Source: an uncultured Holophaga sp. (GTDB taxonomy: Bacteria > Acidobacteriota > Holophagae > Holophagales > Holophagaceae). Taken from it: DNA of 64,000 nt. The position numbers and the translations under genes are program-made. The stretch is taken from assembly GCA_963664825.1 (NCBI GenBank), contig OY761614.1, positions 2,144,001-2,208,000 on the forward strand. The letters are read 5' to 3'. This document shows, one piece after another, positions 38,183-47,413 of this stretch; the first letter of the stretch is position 1, and each line of letters starts with the position of its first letter. The notes beneath the pieces are model-generated. The model worked only from the letters and a program-made list of their open reading frames with translations. It made no database searches and was not told where the DNA came from.

Positions 38183-38441
38183 GCCCCCAGCTTATCGAGT
38201 CTGGAAGGGATCTGGGGGAAAGGCAGGGCCCTAGTCTGGGGGCCGATCCCCGGGATGGGGCCAGAGGGGCAGTCTCTGAAAAAAGTTGCTAGGGCCAAGA
38301 AAAGTACTGGATTTTCAGAGGGTTCTCTCCCAACCTTGGGCAGGGCATGCGACGGCTGCATTCCCACATATGCATTGGCGCCTTGCCTGGAGGAACCAAT
38401 GCAACCCCATCCCCAGGCGATAAGGTACATAGGTAAAAGTC

Positions 38442-38645
38442 ATGGCACAAGGCACTGTTAAGTGGTTCAACGCTGAAAAGGGCTTCGGCTTCATCACCCC
38501 CGATGGTGGTGGCGCAGATCTTTTCGTCCACCACTCCGCCATCCAGGGCCAGGGTTTCCGTACCCTGGACGAGAATCAGCGCGTCAGTTTCGAGGTCACC
38601 CAGGGCCAGAAGGGCCCCCAGGCTGTGAACGTCGTCAAGCTCTAA
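38442..38645 (+). CDS. Cold-shock protein (CspA family)
   Basis: [21 protein letters not shown]. Confidence 0.97.
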   Translation: MAQGTVKWFNAEKGFGFITPDGGGADLFVHHSAIQGQGFRTLDENQRVSFEVTQGQKGPQAVNVVKL

Positions 38646-38679
38646 ATCCTCTAGCCTTCCGCTATTGAATCAATCGTAG

Positions 38680-38714
38680 CGGATCCAGGGTGGCGTCTTG
38701 CCGTCCTGGATCCG
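38680..38714 (+). terminator. Hairpin after the first csp gene
   Basis: CGGATCCAGGGTGGC-GTCTT-GCCGTCCTGGATCCG followed by a T-rich tract. Confidence 0.6.
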
Positions 38715-38844
38715 TTCCTTGTTTCCACCCCCTTGAATCATCTTGGAGAGCAGCTCTTGCGCGGGCATGGGGTGCTCTTGATTTTCCCATTGATCGTGTC
38801 GTCGGGCCTCGCTACCCTGAGCCCAGGCCCCGAGGGAACAGACC

Positions 38845-39048
38845 ATGTCCGAAGGTACGGTGAAGTGGTTCAATGCCGAAAAGGGTTTCGGGTTCATCAC
38901 CCCGGTGGAGGGGGGCCCCGACATCTTCGTCCATCACACGGCCATCCGGACTCAAGGTTTTCGTAGCCTGGATGAAAAGGCTCGGGTGAGTTTCGAGATT
39001 ATGCAGGGACCCAAGGGCCCTCAAGCGGCCAACGTGCAGAAACACTGA
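38845..39048 (+). CDS. Cold-shock protein (CspA family), second paralog
   Basis: [21 protein letters not shown]. Confidence 0.96.
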   Translation: MSEGTVKWFNAEKGFGFITPVEGGPDIFVHHTAIRTQGFRSLDEKARVSFEIMQGPKGPQAANVQKH

Positions 39049-39056
39049 CAGTCCTC

Positions 39057-40781
39057 ATGCTCCCACTCCCCCTGCAATTCGGCGAGGCTCTCGTCCACCG
39101 CTTCTCCCAGGTGCTCTACCGCTGCTTCGAAGAAGTGGGCAGCACGAAGGCGGCCCTGTATCTCCTCATTCCCGAGGCGGGGGGCTTCCAGCTCGTGACC
39201 CACTTCGGCTGGCCTCGTACCCTGCCGCCGCCGGAAGCCCTTTTGCCCGAGGACCCTCTGGTGGTCTGGGCCAGTCGGGAACGGCGGAGCTTCGCGGTCA
39301 ATCAGGCCAGCCAGATTCCCGAACTCGCCCGTTTCGCCCAAGGGGAATCACCCCGCTTCCTCATCACGCCCTTCTATGACCGGGGGGAATGGGTGGGGCT
39401 GCTCATCCAGAAGGATCGCACCAAGGGCCTGCCCTTCGAACTCCCGGGAGACGAGGGGCCCACCCAGTCGATCTGCCAAGAGATCGTCGAGGCCCTGCGG
39501 GACTTTTGGGCGGGGCGTGCCGTCTCTCCCTCGCTCACCCATGTGCCGGAGGCCTCGCCGCGGATGGACGTGCCCGTGCCTCCCAGCGCCGCCATGATGC
39601 CGGCCAACGCCCCCATGGCAGACCCGGTGGAGGAGTTCCTGGAGGGCTTTCAGGCCACTCCGGGCCAATCCACGGCCTTCGCGCCCATTCCCTCCGACCA
39701 GGCCCATCTCAATCAGCCCCCGGATCCCCGCGTCCTGTCCCAACCCGGTGTGCGGCAGCGGGCGGGGATGTTCATGCCGGAACAGCGCACCTTTTTCTGG
39801 GAGGCCGCCACCCTCCTCTGCAACCTGCTGCCCCTGGCTGCCGTGGCCCTCTGGATGGACGAGGCCACGGAAGTTCGGCCCATCCTGACCTACAGTCGCC
39901 AGCCTCTTTCTCCTGAGCTTAAGCAGCAGGTGCTCGCTCATGTCACCTACCATGTGCCCAAGATGCAGGAGCGGGATCTCCGCATCCTCACCCGGGTGGA
40001 GTTCCTGGAGAAGGAACCGCTGGTGGGAATCTTTCAGACCTACCTGCCCGTGATGCTCATGGGTGAGACCGAAGGCCAGGATCTGATGCTCCTCTTTCGT
40101 GCGGAGGATCGTCCCTTCAGCGAACGGGAGCAGAGCTACGTCCAGATGGTGGCGCGCATGCTGGGTTTCCACCTCCAGGAGGTGCGGCTTCACGAACACT
40201 ATCATCGGGCCTTCCTCTCCGTGAGCCATCGCCTGCTGAGCTCGGTGGAGGGCGGCGCGCCGAATTTGCGGGACCACAGCCTGGCCACCGCCAAGCTCGC
40301 CCGCAGCTTCGCGCTGCACCTAGAACTCCCTGCCACGGATCTGGAGGCGGTCTGCATCGCCTCCATCCTGCACGATGTGGGCACCTTCCTTCTGGACCCC
40401 CGGCTCCTGTCGAAGCCGGGCCTCACGTCAGAAGAGCGGGACCGGATCCAGACCCATCCAATACTGGCCACCACCTTCCTCAAGGATTTCCGCTTCCCCT
40501 TCGACGTGGTGGGCATCATCCGTCATCACCACGAGCGCTGGGATGGGAAGGGCTATCCCGATGGCCTGAGGGGGGAATCCATTCCCTTGGGGAGCCGCAT
40601 CATCAATCTCATCGAGTCCTTCGAGGTGATGCATGACGGCAGTGCCTTCAGGGCACCCCTCGGCTACCGGGAAATCCTCGAGGAAGTGCGCCAGGGTTCC
40701 GGGAGCCAATTCGATCCCACGCTCGTGGCGGAGTTCCTGGAGTTCCTCCAGACCCGCAGGGGGCGGGGAAACCCGGATTGA
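39057..40781 (+). CDS. HD-GYP domain protein with GAF-like N-terminal domains
   Basis: LHDVG, HHERWDGKGYPDGL and QFDP motifs. Confidence 0.9.
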   Translation: MLPLPLQFGEALVHRFSQVLYRCFEEVGSTKAALYLLIPEAGGFQLVTHFGWPRTLPPPEALLPEDPLVVWASRERRSFAVNQASQIPELARFAQGESPRFLITPFYDRGEWVGLLIQKDRTKGLPFELPGDEGPTQSICQEIVEALRDFWAGRAVSPSLTHVPEASPRMDVPVPPSAAMMPANAPMADPVEEFLEGFQATPGQSTAFAPIPSDQAHLNQPPDPRVLSQPGVRQRAGMFMPEQRTFFWEAATLLCNLLPLAAVALWMDEATEVRPILTYSRQPLSPELKQQVLAHVTYHVPKMQERDLRILTRVEFLEKEPLVGIFQTYLPVMLMGETEGQDLMLLFRAEDRPFSEREQSYVQMVARMLGFHLQEVRLHEHYHRAFLSVSHRLLSSVEGGAPNLRDHSLATAKLARSFALHLELPATDLEAVCIASILHDVGTFLLDPRLLSKPGLTSEERDRIQTHPILATTFLKDFRFPFDVVGIIRHHHERWDGKGYPDGLRGESIPLGSRIINLIESFEVMHDGSAFRAPLGYREILEEVRQGSGSQFDPTLVAEFLEFLQTRRGRGNPD

Positions 40782-40795
40782 GCTAACCTGGGGGC

Positions 40796-41353
40796 ATGCG
40801 GACACGGGGCTCCAGGAAGTCGCACACGGGCCAGAGGGGGTTTATCCTCGCTCTCCTGTTGGGCATGCTGACGGTCATGGGCATCTTCCTGACCCGGGCC
40901 GTGCCTTCGGCGGTCATGGAGGTGAAGCGGGGCGCCGAGGAGGAACTGATCTTCCGGGGTGAAGCGATGGCCAGTGGCATTCGCCTCTACCAACAGCGAA
41001 CGGGCACCTATCCCCTGCGGCTGGAGGATCTGATGAAGATGCGCCCCCCGGTGATCCGGAAGCTCTACAAGGATCCGATGACCCCCAATGGGGAATGGGA
41101 CCTGGTGACCGCCGTGGCTGCGGGGGCCTCCGGCGACACGACCGGCCTTCCCATCGCGGGCGTGCGCAGCCGCAGCCAGCGCGACAGCATCAAGATGTAC
41201 AAGGGCAAGACGATGTACAGCGACTGGGTGTTCTCGGCCGCCGATAATATCCTAGGCATCCCCGGAACAGGGCCGACCGGCACGCTCCCCAGTGGCCAAA
41301 GCACCAACACCAAGGGGGCAAGTCCTGCGTCTGATTCCGACGACAAGAAGTGA
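40796..41353 (+). CDS. Type II secretion / pseudopilin-like protein
   Basis: QRGF prepilin-like cleavage site, hydrophobic helix, EEELIFRG, YPLRLEDL, RKLYKDPMT. Confidence 0.75.
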   Translation: MRTRGSRKSHTGQRGFILALLLGMLTVMGIFLTRAVPSAVMEVKRGAEEELIFRGEAMASGIRLYQQRTGTYPLRLEDLMKMRPPVIRKLYKDPMTPNGEWDLVTAVAAGASGDTTGLPIAGVRSRSQRDSIKMYKGKTMYSDWVFSAADNILGIPGTGPTGTLPSGQSTNTKGASPASDSDDKK

Positions 41354-41363
41354 AGGTTCGAGC

Positions 41364-42515
41364 ATGAAAAATGGATTTACCTGCATCCTGGTCGCGCTCT
41401 GCGCTTCGGTGGCTTCGGCCATCACGCCGGCGCCGAGCTTCAAGCTCTGGGTCGAGCGGATGGAATCCCGCAATCTCCAGGTGACGGCGGGATTGTGGGA
41501 TCTCCCCAGCGGAAAATTGCTGGAGGGCCATCAGATGGACCTAGCCCTGATTCCGGCCTCCACCACCAAGGTCCTGACTACCTACGCGCTCCTGAAGACC
41601 TGGAAGCCCAGCTTGGAAATTTCGACCGAGGTCTGGGGTGATCTCCAGGGCGGCACCGTTCGGGGGGACCTGGTCTTCAAGGGCAGTGGCGATCCCATGG
41701 TCACCAGCGAGCGGATCTGGATGTTCGTGCAGGAGCTCAAGGCCAAGGGCGTGCAGCGGGTGATGGGGCGGGTGCGGTTGGATCAGAGTGCCTTCGATGG
41801 GCAGCTCTATGGCAACGGGTGGGGCAACACCACCTCCGATACCACGCCCCCCATCCTGCCTCTTTCCGTGAATTTCAGCCGTGATGACGGCGGGCGCATC
41901 GTGCGCAATCCCGAGAAATTCGCGGTGGACGTGCTCACGCGCATCCTCCGGGATTCGGGGATTGCCGTGGAGGGCAACAGTGCCCCGGCCGGTGATCCCC
42001 GGAAGATCGCCACGCTCACGTCCCCGCCCCTGCGCCAGCTGATCCAGGGCATCAACAAGTTCTCCAACAACTTCATGATCGAGATGCTCGTCAAGCGCTT
42101 CGGGGATGGCGCGTGGCCCAAGGGAATTGCCCGGATCCAGGACTTCTACAAGGCCACGCTCGACCTGGGGCCCGACAAGATCGCCATCACCGACGGTTCC
42201 GGCCTCAGCAAGGAGAACCACATCTCGGCGCGCACCCTCGCCATCGTCCTGCGGGCGGGCTGGAACGATTTCGAAGTGGGTCCGGAGTTCGTGGATAGCC
42301 TCAAGATCATCGGCGGCGAGCCCTGGAAGCTGAAGGTCCAGGACGCCAACCTGACCCGCCGCATCCGCTGCAAGACCGGCCACCTCACGGGTGTCAGTTC
42401 CGTTTGCGGCTATCTCCAGACCCTGGACGGCAGGCTCCGGGTTTTCGCCATCATCCTCAACGGCGATGCGAAAGAGGATGACCTATGGGAGATGGTATCC
42501 CGTTGGGCCAATTGA
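41364..42515 (+). CDS. dacB: D-Ala-D-Ala carboxypeptidase/endopeptidase (PBP4, S13)
   Basis: PASTTK, GSGDP, SNN, DGSGLS and KTG motifs. Confidence 0.93.
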   Translation: MKNGFTCILVALCASVASAITPAPSFKLWVERMESRNLQVTAGLWDLPSGKLLEGHQMDLALIPASTTKVLTTYALLKTWKPSLEISTEVWGDLQGGTVRGDLVFKGSGDPMVTSERIWMFVQELKAKGVQRVMGRVRLDQSAFDGQLYGNGWGNTTSDTTPPILPLSVNFSRDDGGRIVRNPEKFAVDVLTRILRDSGIAVEGNSAPAGDPRKIATLTSPPLRQLIQGINKFSNNFMIEMLVKRFGDGAWPKGIARIQDFYKATLDLGPDKIAITDGSGLSKENHISARTLAIVLRAGWNDFEVGPEFVDSLKIIGGEPWKLKVQDANLTRRIRCKTGHLTGVSSVCGYLQTLDGRLRVFAIILNGDAKEDDLWEMVSRWAN

Positions 42516-42648
42516 GCCCTTCCAGGGAGACGAAGGCCGAGACCTGAGGCCTCGGGCATCCCGCAGGGATCCCGAGAGGATGATCTCAGGGGCAAACGGA
42601 ACTGGCGATCACTGCCCACCTTGGGGGATGATGGTACTGAGGATTGCC

Positions 42649-43026
42649 ATGGCCCGGATCGCCATCGTAGATGACAGTCACCTTGCGCGAATTTTTACGG
42701 CGAGTTGTCTGAGCAAATCAGGGCATGAGGTCGTGGAGATCGACCCGGTGAGCATCTTCGACGTGCTCAAGGTCCTGCGCGAGCACCCACCCCAGCTCTT
42801 GCTGGTGGACTACCTGATGCCCGGATGTCCCGGTGCCAGCCTCGTGCGCGCCTGTCGGGAGGATCCGGCCCTGAAGGAGGTCCCCATCCTGGTCCTCACC
42901 GCCCATCACGATGATGCGGTGCAGGAGCGGCTCGAACGCATGGGCGCTCTCGCCTTCCTTCACAAACCCTTCGAGCCCCAGTCCCTCCAGGAGGAGGTGG
43001 AACGCCTTCTGGAGGGAACAGACTGA
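42649..43026 (+). CDS. Single-domain response regulator (CheY-like)
   Basis: IVDD, LVDYLMP, VLTA and HKPF motifs. Confidence 0.9.
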   Translation: MARIAIVDDSHLARIFTASCLSKSGHEVVEIDPVSIFDVLKVLREHPPQLLLVDYLMPGCPGASLVRACREDPALKEVPILVLTAHHDDAVQERLERMGALAFLHKPFEPQSLQEEVERLLEGTD

Positions 43027-43030
43027 CGTG

Positions 43031-43912
43031 ATGGGAGCGCGCAAGGGGCTGCCGGCCCTGCTGGCCGGTGCTGCAATTCTCGGTTTCGCGGCCATCTTCG
43101 TGAGATGGGCCGTGGGCGTCAGCCCCCTGGCGGTGGGCTTCTACCGGATGCTCATTGCCCTTCCCCTGGTGGCTCTCCTCGCCCTCCGAGAAGGTGCGCC
43201 CGGCCGAGGGGCCTGGAAGGGCCTCGCCTGGGCGGCGCTGGGAGGCCTCTGCTTCACGGCCGATCTCTGGCTCTGGCACCAGGCCCTCCACTGGACCACT
43301 GCTGCCAGCGCCACGCTCCTGGTGGGACTGGCTCCGCTCTGGGTGACGCTGGCGGGCGTGTGCTTGCTGCGCTTCCGCCTGAGCCTCTGGGGGTGGGTGG
43401 GATTGGCCCTCGCCCTCGGTGGCGCGGCCCTCCTCGCCCTGGCCGCGGGAGCTCATGTGGGCGGGGGCAAGGGCGAATTCCTGGGATTTTTGGCCTCCTT
43501 CGGATACGCGGGCTACATGCTGTCCCTCTCCCGGGCCCGGCGCAGCCTCAGCGCCCCCTGGGCCCTGACAGGGGCCGTGGCCACAGCCACCGTCGCCTTC
43601 GGGCTCCTGAGCTTTGTCCAGGGGGGCAGCATGGGCGGCTATCCCCCCAGGGCCTGGCTGGCCCTGCTGGGTCTGGGACTCCTGGTGCAGGTGCTCGCGT
43701 GGTGGCTCATCACCTGGAGCTTCGGCCATGTCTCGCCCAGCCTGGGGGCCTTGGGCCTCCTCTTCCAGCAGGCCGCCACGGTGTTGCTGGGTTGGATGCT
43801 GCTTAAAGAAGCTCCAGGCCCCGTGCAGGGCCTAGGCATCCTCTTCATCCTCGCGGGCATCGCCCTGGCCGCCACCCATCCCCCCGTGCCCGAAGCCCCT
43901 GTGCTGCCTTAG
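43031..43912 (+). CDS. DMT/EamA-family transporter
   Basis: About 10 TMs in two EamA-like halves. Confidence 0.88.
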   Translation: MGARKGLPALLAGAAILGFAAIFVRWAVGVSPLAVGFYRMLIALPLVALLALREGAPGRGAWKGLAWAALGGLCFTADLWLWHQALHWTTAASATLLVGLAPLWVTLAGVCLLRFRLSLWGWVGLALALGGAALLALAAGAHVGGGKGEFLGFLASFGYAGYMLSLSRARRSLSAPWALTGAVATATVAFGLLSFVQGGSMGGYPPRAWLALLGLGLLVQVLAWWLITWSFGHVSPSLGALGLLFQQAATVLLGWMLLKEAPGPVQGLGILFILAGIALAATHPPVPEAPVLP

Positions 43913-43963
43913 TCGCCGACTCTGTCCTTGTCTTCTCGTTCCGCGAAGATCTCGGCGGAGCGC

Positions 43964-44059
43964 CCCCAGGTCCCGACTCCGAGAGCGCAAGCCGAAGGCG
44001 CAGCGCGATCGGGAGCACGCCGCAGTGCGGCGTGCGATAGGAGGGAGAGTGGCCTGGGG
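43964..44059. repeat. REP-like multi-hairpin intergenic element
   Basis: Outer stem CCCCAGGTC/GGCCTGGGG encloses GCGCAAGCCGAAGGCGCAGCGC and GCACGCCGC-AGT-GCGGCGTGC. Confidence 0.5.
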
Positions 44060-44074
44060 ATGTGGGGACCCGGG

Positions 44075-45367
44075 CTATTCGAAGGTGAGGACTTCCTTGT
44101 CTTCGCGGTAGGCGAAAATCTCGGCGAAACGGCCCCAGGCCACCAGCGTATCGAAGGTGAGTTCGGGGTCTTCCATGGGAAGGCGATCCGAGATCTCCTG
44201 GATCAGCTCCTCCTTGGGGAGCTGGCCCTCCCGCAGCTCCAGGAGATCGTGCACGACGCGGAAGATCTTCAGCTCGAGCAGCTGATCGCGCCAGATGAGC
44301 TTGCGCTCGTCCATGCCCCCCTGCACGAAGCGCTTGCCGAGGACCGTGAGCTCCACGCTGCGCTTGGGGGTATCGACCAGCTCCAGCATCTCGAGGCCCT
44401 TCACCGTGGTGAGCACTTCCCCGAAGGGGACATGGGTATGGGCCACGACCTGAAACAGATCGCAGACGCCTCCCTGGGCGTCGAGGAATTCCAGAAGGCC
44501 CAGCATGTCGGCATTCTGGGCATTGGGCAGAGGCTCGACGATATCCTGGCTCTCCATGGTGGGCTCCACCGTGCTCACGGAGATATCCGGCAGCTCGGCG
44601 CTGGTGATGATGTCGTGGAGCTGGTCCACCAGGCGCAAGAACTCAGGCGAGCGCATATTGCGAGGCCTGGAGAGCGGGTTATCCACGATGGTGCGGACGC
44701 GGCCGGGATTGGCCGAGAGCACCACGATGCGATCGGCCATGTAGGCCACTTCCTTGATGTCGTGACTCACCATGAGGATGGAGGAAGGGTTGCGTTCCCG
44801 GTCGTCCCAGATATCCAGGATCTCCGCCCGGAGGCCTTCGGCCGTGAGGGCGTCCACCTGGCTGAAGGGCTCGTCCATGAAGAGGATCTCGGGATCCACC
44901 GAGAGGGCCCGGGCCATGCCCACCCGCTGTTTCATGCCGCCGGAGAGTTCGCGGGGATAGGCCTCCTCGAAGCCCTCCAGGCCCACCATGCGGATGGCCT
45001 TGTTGGTGCGTTCCTTGACGGTGGCTACGTCCAGACCCTTGGCGCGCAACACGGCCTCCACGTTGGCCTCCACCGTCATCCATGGATAGAGGGCGAAACC
45101 CTGGAAGACGATGGACACGCCGGGGTTGAGGCCCTCCTGCTTCTTGCCGCGGTGGCGCACCTGGCCCTTGGTGGGCTCCAGGAGCCCGGCGAAGATGCGC
45201 AGGATCGTGCTCTTGCCGCAGCCGCTGGGGCCGATGAGGGCGATCACCTCGTTGGGGCGCACATCGAGATTGATGTCCTCAAGCACGCGGAGAGGATTGC
45301 CCGTGCCACGGTTGAAGGATTTCTGCACGCCGCGGAGTTCGAGGATGGGGGTCTCTTCAGAAATCAT
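44075..45367 (-). CDS. NitT/TauT-type ABC ATPase with C-terminal AAA-associated domain
   Basis: GPSGCGKS, LSGGMKQR, MDEPF and SHD motifs; C-terminal WGRFAEIF domain. Confidence 0.93.
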   Translation of the reverse strand: MISEETPILELRGVQKSFNRGTGNPLRVLEDINLDVRPNEVIALIGPSGCGKSTILRIFAGLLEPTKGQVRHRGKKQEGLNPGVSIVFQGFALYPWMTVEANVEAVLRAKGLDVATVKERTNKAIRMVGLEGFEEAYPRELSGGMKQRVGMARALSVDPEILFMDEPFSQVDALTAEGLRAEILDIWDDRERNPSSILMVSHDIKEVAYMADRIVVLSANPGRVRTIVDNPLSRPRNMRSPEFLRLVDQLHDIITSAELPDISVSTVEPTMESQDIVEPLPNAQNADMLGLLEFLDAQGGVCDLFQVVAHTHVPFGEVLTTVKGLEMLELVDTPKRSVELTVLGKRFVQGGMDERKLIWRDQLLELKIFRVVHDLLELREGQLPKEELIQEISDRLPMEDPELTFDTLVAWGRFAEIFAYREDKEVLTFE

Positions 45368-45376
45368 GGATCACCT

Positions 45377-47122
45377 CTACTTCGTCAGCGAATAGTGGGT
45401 CTGGGAGAGCCTGTAGAGCGGCTTCCAGACGATGCGGTTGAAGATCACGACCATGGCCGACATCACCAGGACGCCCGCCGCCAGGAGGCTGAGGTCCTTG
45501 TGGTAGGCGGCGGAACTGACCATGGAACCCAGTCCGAAGGTGGAGAGGGTGGCCCCCTTCATGTCGTAGTATTCGGCCACGATACTGGCGTTCCAGGCCC
45601 CTCCCGCCGCCGTTACCCAACCCGTCACCAAGTAGGGAAAGGTGGCCGGGAGATAGAGCACCTTCAGGCGCTGCCATTGGGGGAGCCCGAAGCTGACAGC
45701 GGCTTCCTTCAGGTCTCCCGGGATCGCCATGGCGCCCGCGATGACATTGAAGAGGATGTACCACTGGGTGCCCAGCAGCATCAGCACCACGCATCCGTAG
45801 TTCAAGCCCACACCGATGTGGGCCAGGGTCGCGATGACCAGGGGAAAGAGCATGGGCGCTGGGAAGCTGGCGGCCACCTGGACCACGGGCTGGAGGCTTT
45901 TGGAAAGCCGAGGGGAGAGCCCGATGGCTAGGCCCGCCGGTACGGCCCAGAGGGTGCCGAGGGCCGTCGAAACGACAACCCGCGAAAGGGTCAGCCCGCC
46001 GGCCTTGAGGAGGATCCACCAATGGGGCCCTCCCACGTGGGCGAGGAACTTGATGAGTCCCAGGGAGCAGAAGAGGACGAGGATCATGAGCGCGGCGAGG
46101 GATGCGTTGGAGGCCCAGCGCTGCAGGCTCCAGCCATGCACGGAGTGGGGGCGAGGCGCACGCGTCTTCTGGACTTTGAGCTTGGGATGCTGGCGGCGCC
46201 TGATGCGCCGCGCCTCCATCCAGCGGATGAGGCGAGAGCGGCGCAGGAGCTTCAGGAGCCAGCTCTGGGGGGCCTCGGCCTGGGCCGTCTCCTCCACCCG
46301 GAAACGCTGGGCCCAGACCACCACGGGCCGCCACAGGACCTGATCCAGGAAGACGATCATGACGACCATGGCCACGATGGCCGCGATCATGGCCAGGGTG
46401 TTGCCCCGCTCCACCGCGACGCTCATGTACGAGCCCAGGCCCGGCAGGCGGAAATCCTTATCCCCCAGCTTGAAGGCTTCCGTGATCATCAGGAAGAACC
46501 AGCCCCCGGCCATGCTCATCATGCTATTCCAGACCAGGCCCGTGGTGCCGTAGGGCAGTTCCACCCAACGGAAGCGCTGCCACCAGTTGAAGCGGTAAAC
46601 GGTGGCTGCCTCCTGCATTTCGGCCGGCACGGATTTAAGCGAGTGGTAGAGGCTGAAGGTCATGTTCCAGGCTTGGCCCGTGAAGATCATCACCACCGCC
46701 GCCAGCTCCAGGCCGAGATTGCTGCCCGGGAAGAGCGCCACCAACCCTAGTACCAGGCCCGGCATGAAGGCCAGCACGGGGATGCTCTGGAGGATATCCA
46801 GGATGGGCACCAGCAGCTTTTCGGCCCGCTGATCCTTGGCCGCCCAGAAGGCGTAGACCAGGGTGAAGCCCAGCGAAAGCACGTAGGCCGCCAGGCCTCG
46901 CATCATGGAGAAGAAGGTGTATTTGGGCAGGGCCCAGATGGAGAGATTGATCTCGACGACGGGGCGGTGGACCCCCGTCCACTGGCGTCCCAGCTGCACC
47001 AGTCCATAGAGGAGGGTGAAGCCCATGAAGATGACGAAGAGATCGACGATCCGCCTTCGGCGGAAGGGATAGAACAGGGCGTTGGCTTGCCCCCAAACCG
47101 TGTCGAAGAAGCGATTGATCAT
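45377..47122 (-). CDS. ABC permease with duplicated TM module
   Basis: DILQSIPVL, QAWNM, SMAGGWFF and GGAWNASIVAE motifs; two EAA loops. Confidence 0.93.
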   Translation of the reverse strand: MINRFFDTVWGQANALFYPFRRRRIVDLFVIFMGFTLLYGLVQLGRQWTGVHRPVVEINLSIWALPKYTFFSMMRGLAAYVLSLGFTLVYAFWAAKDQRAEKLLVPILDILQSIPVLAFMPGLVLGLVALFPGSNLGLELAAVVMIFTGQAWNMTFSLYHSLKSVPAEMQEAATVYRFNWWQRFRWVELPYGTTGLVWNSMMSMAGGWFFLMITEAFKLGDKDFRLPGLGSYMSVAVERGNTLAMIAAIVAMVVMIVFLDQVLWRPVVVWAQRFRVEETAQAEAPQSWLLKLLRRSRLIRWMEARRIRRRQHPKLKVQKTRAPRPHSVHGWSLQRWASNASLAALMILVLFCSLGLIKFLAHVGGPHWWILLKAGGLTLSRVVVSTALGTLWAVPAGLAIGLSPRLSKSLQPVVQVAASFPAPMLFPLVIATLAHIGVGLNYGCVVLMLLGTQWYILFNVIAGAMAIPGDLKEAAVSFGLPQWQRLKVLYLPATFPYLVTGWVTAAGGAWNASIVAEYYDMKGATLSTFGLGSMVSSAAYHKDLSLLAAGVLVMSAMVVIFNRIVWKPLYRLSQTHYSLTK

Positions 47123-47214
47123 GGCGGATCCAGAAGCTTGGGAAGGTCCGGGTCTCCCCGTATTTCTTCCGACAAGTGGTGGGACCTGGTCCCATTCCGC
47201 TGAGCTGCCCTAGG

Positions 47215-47262
47215 CTAGCCCAGCCACGAAGGAGGTTCATCGATAGTGCGCTGAGTACTCAT
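47215..47262 (-). promoter_or_regulatory. Putative leader peptide MSTQRTIDEPPSWLG upstream of the ABC operon
   Basis: AAGGAGGT RBS (47267-47274) just before the ATG; the RBS is complementary to the uORF's own GAA-CCT-CCT-TC codons. Confidence 0.55.
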
Positions 47263-47413
47263 CGAAACCTCCTTCCTGGAACGATGCCTATTGGCAGAAT
47301 GGCCTGAGCCGAGCGCTGCGGTCAACCCAGAAAGGTGTCACGGATTTCTTGAGTCGGGCCAGCCCCACGGTCACACTTCAGGGAGCCTTTCGCACCGGGT
47401 TTTGGAGCTCGCC

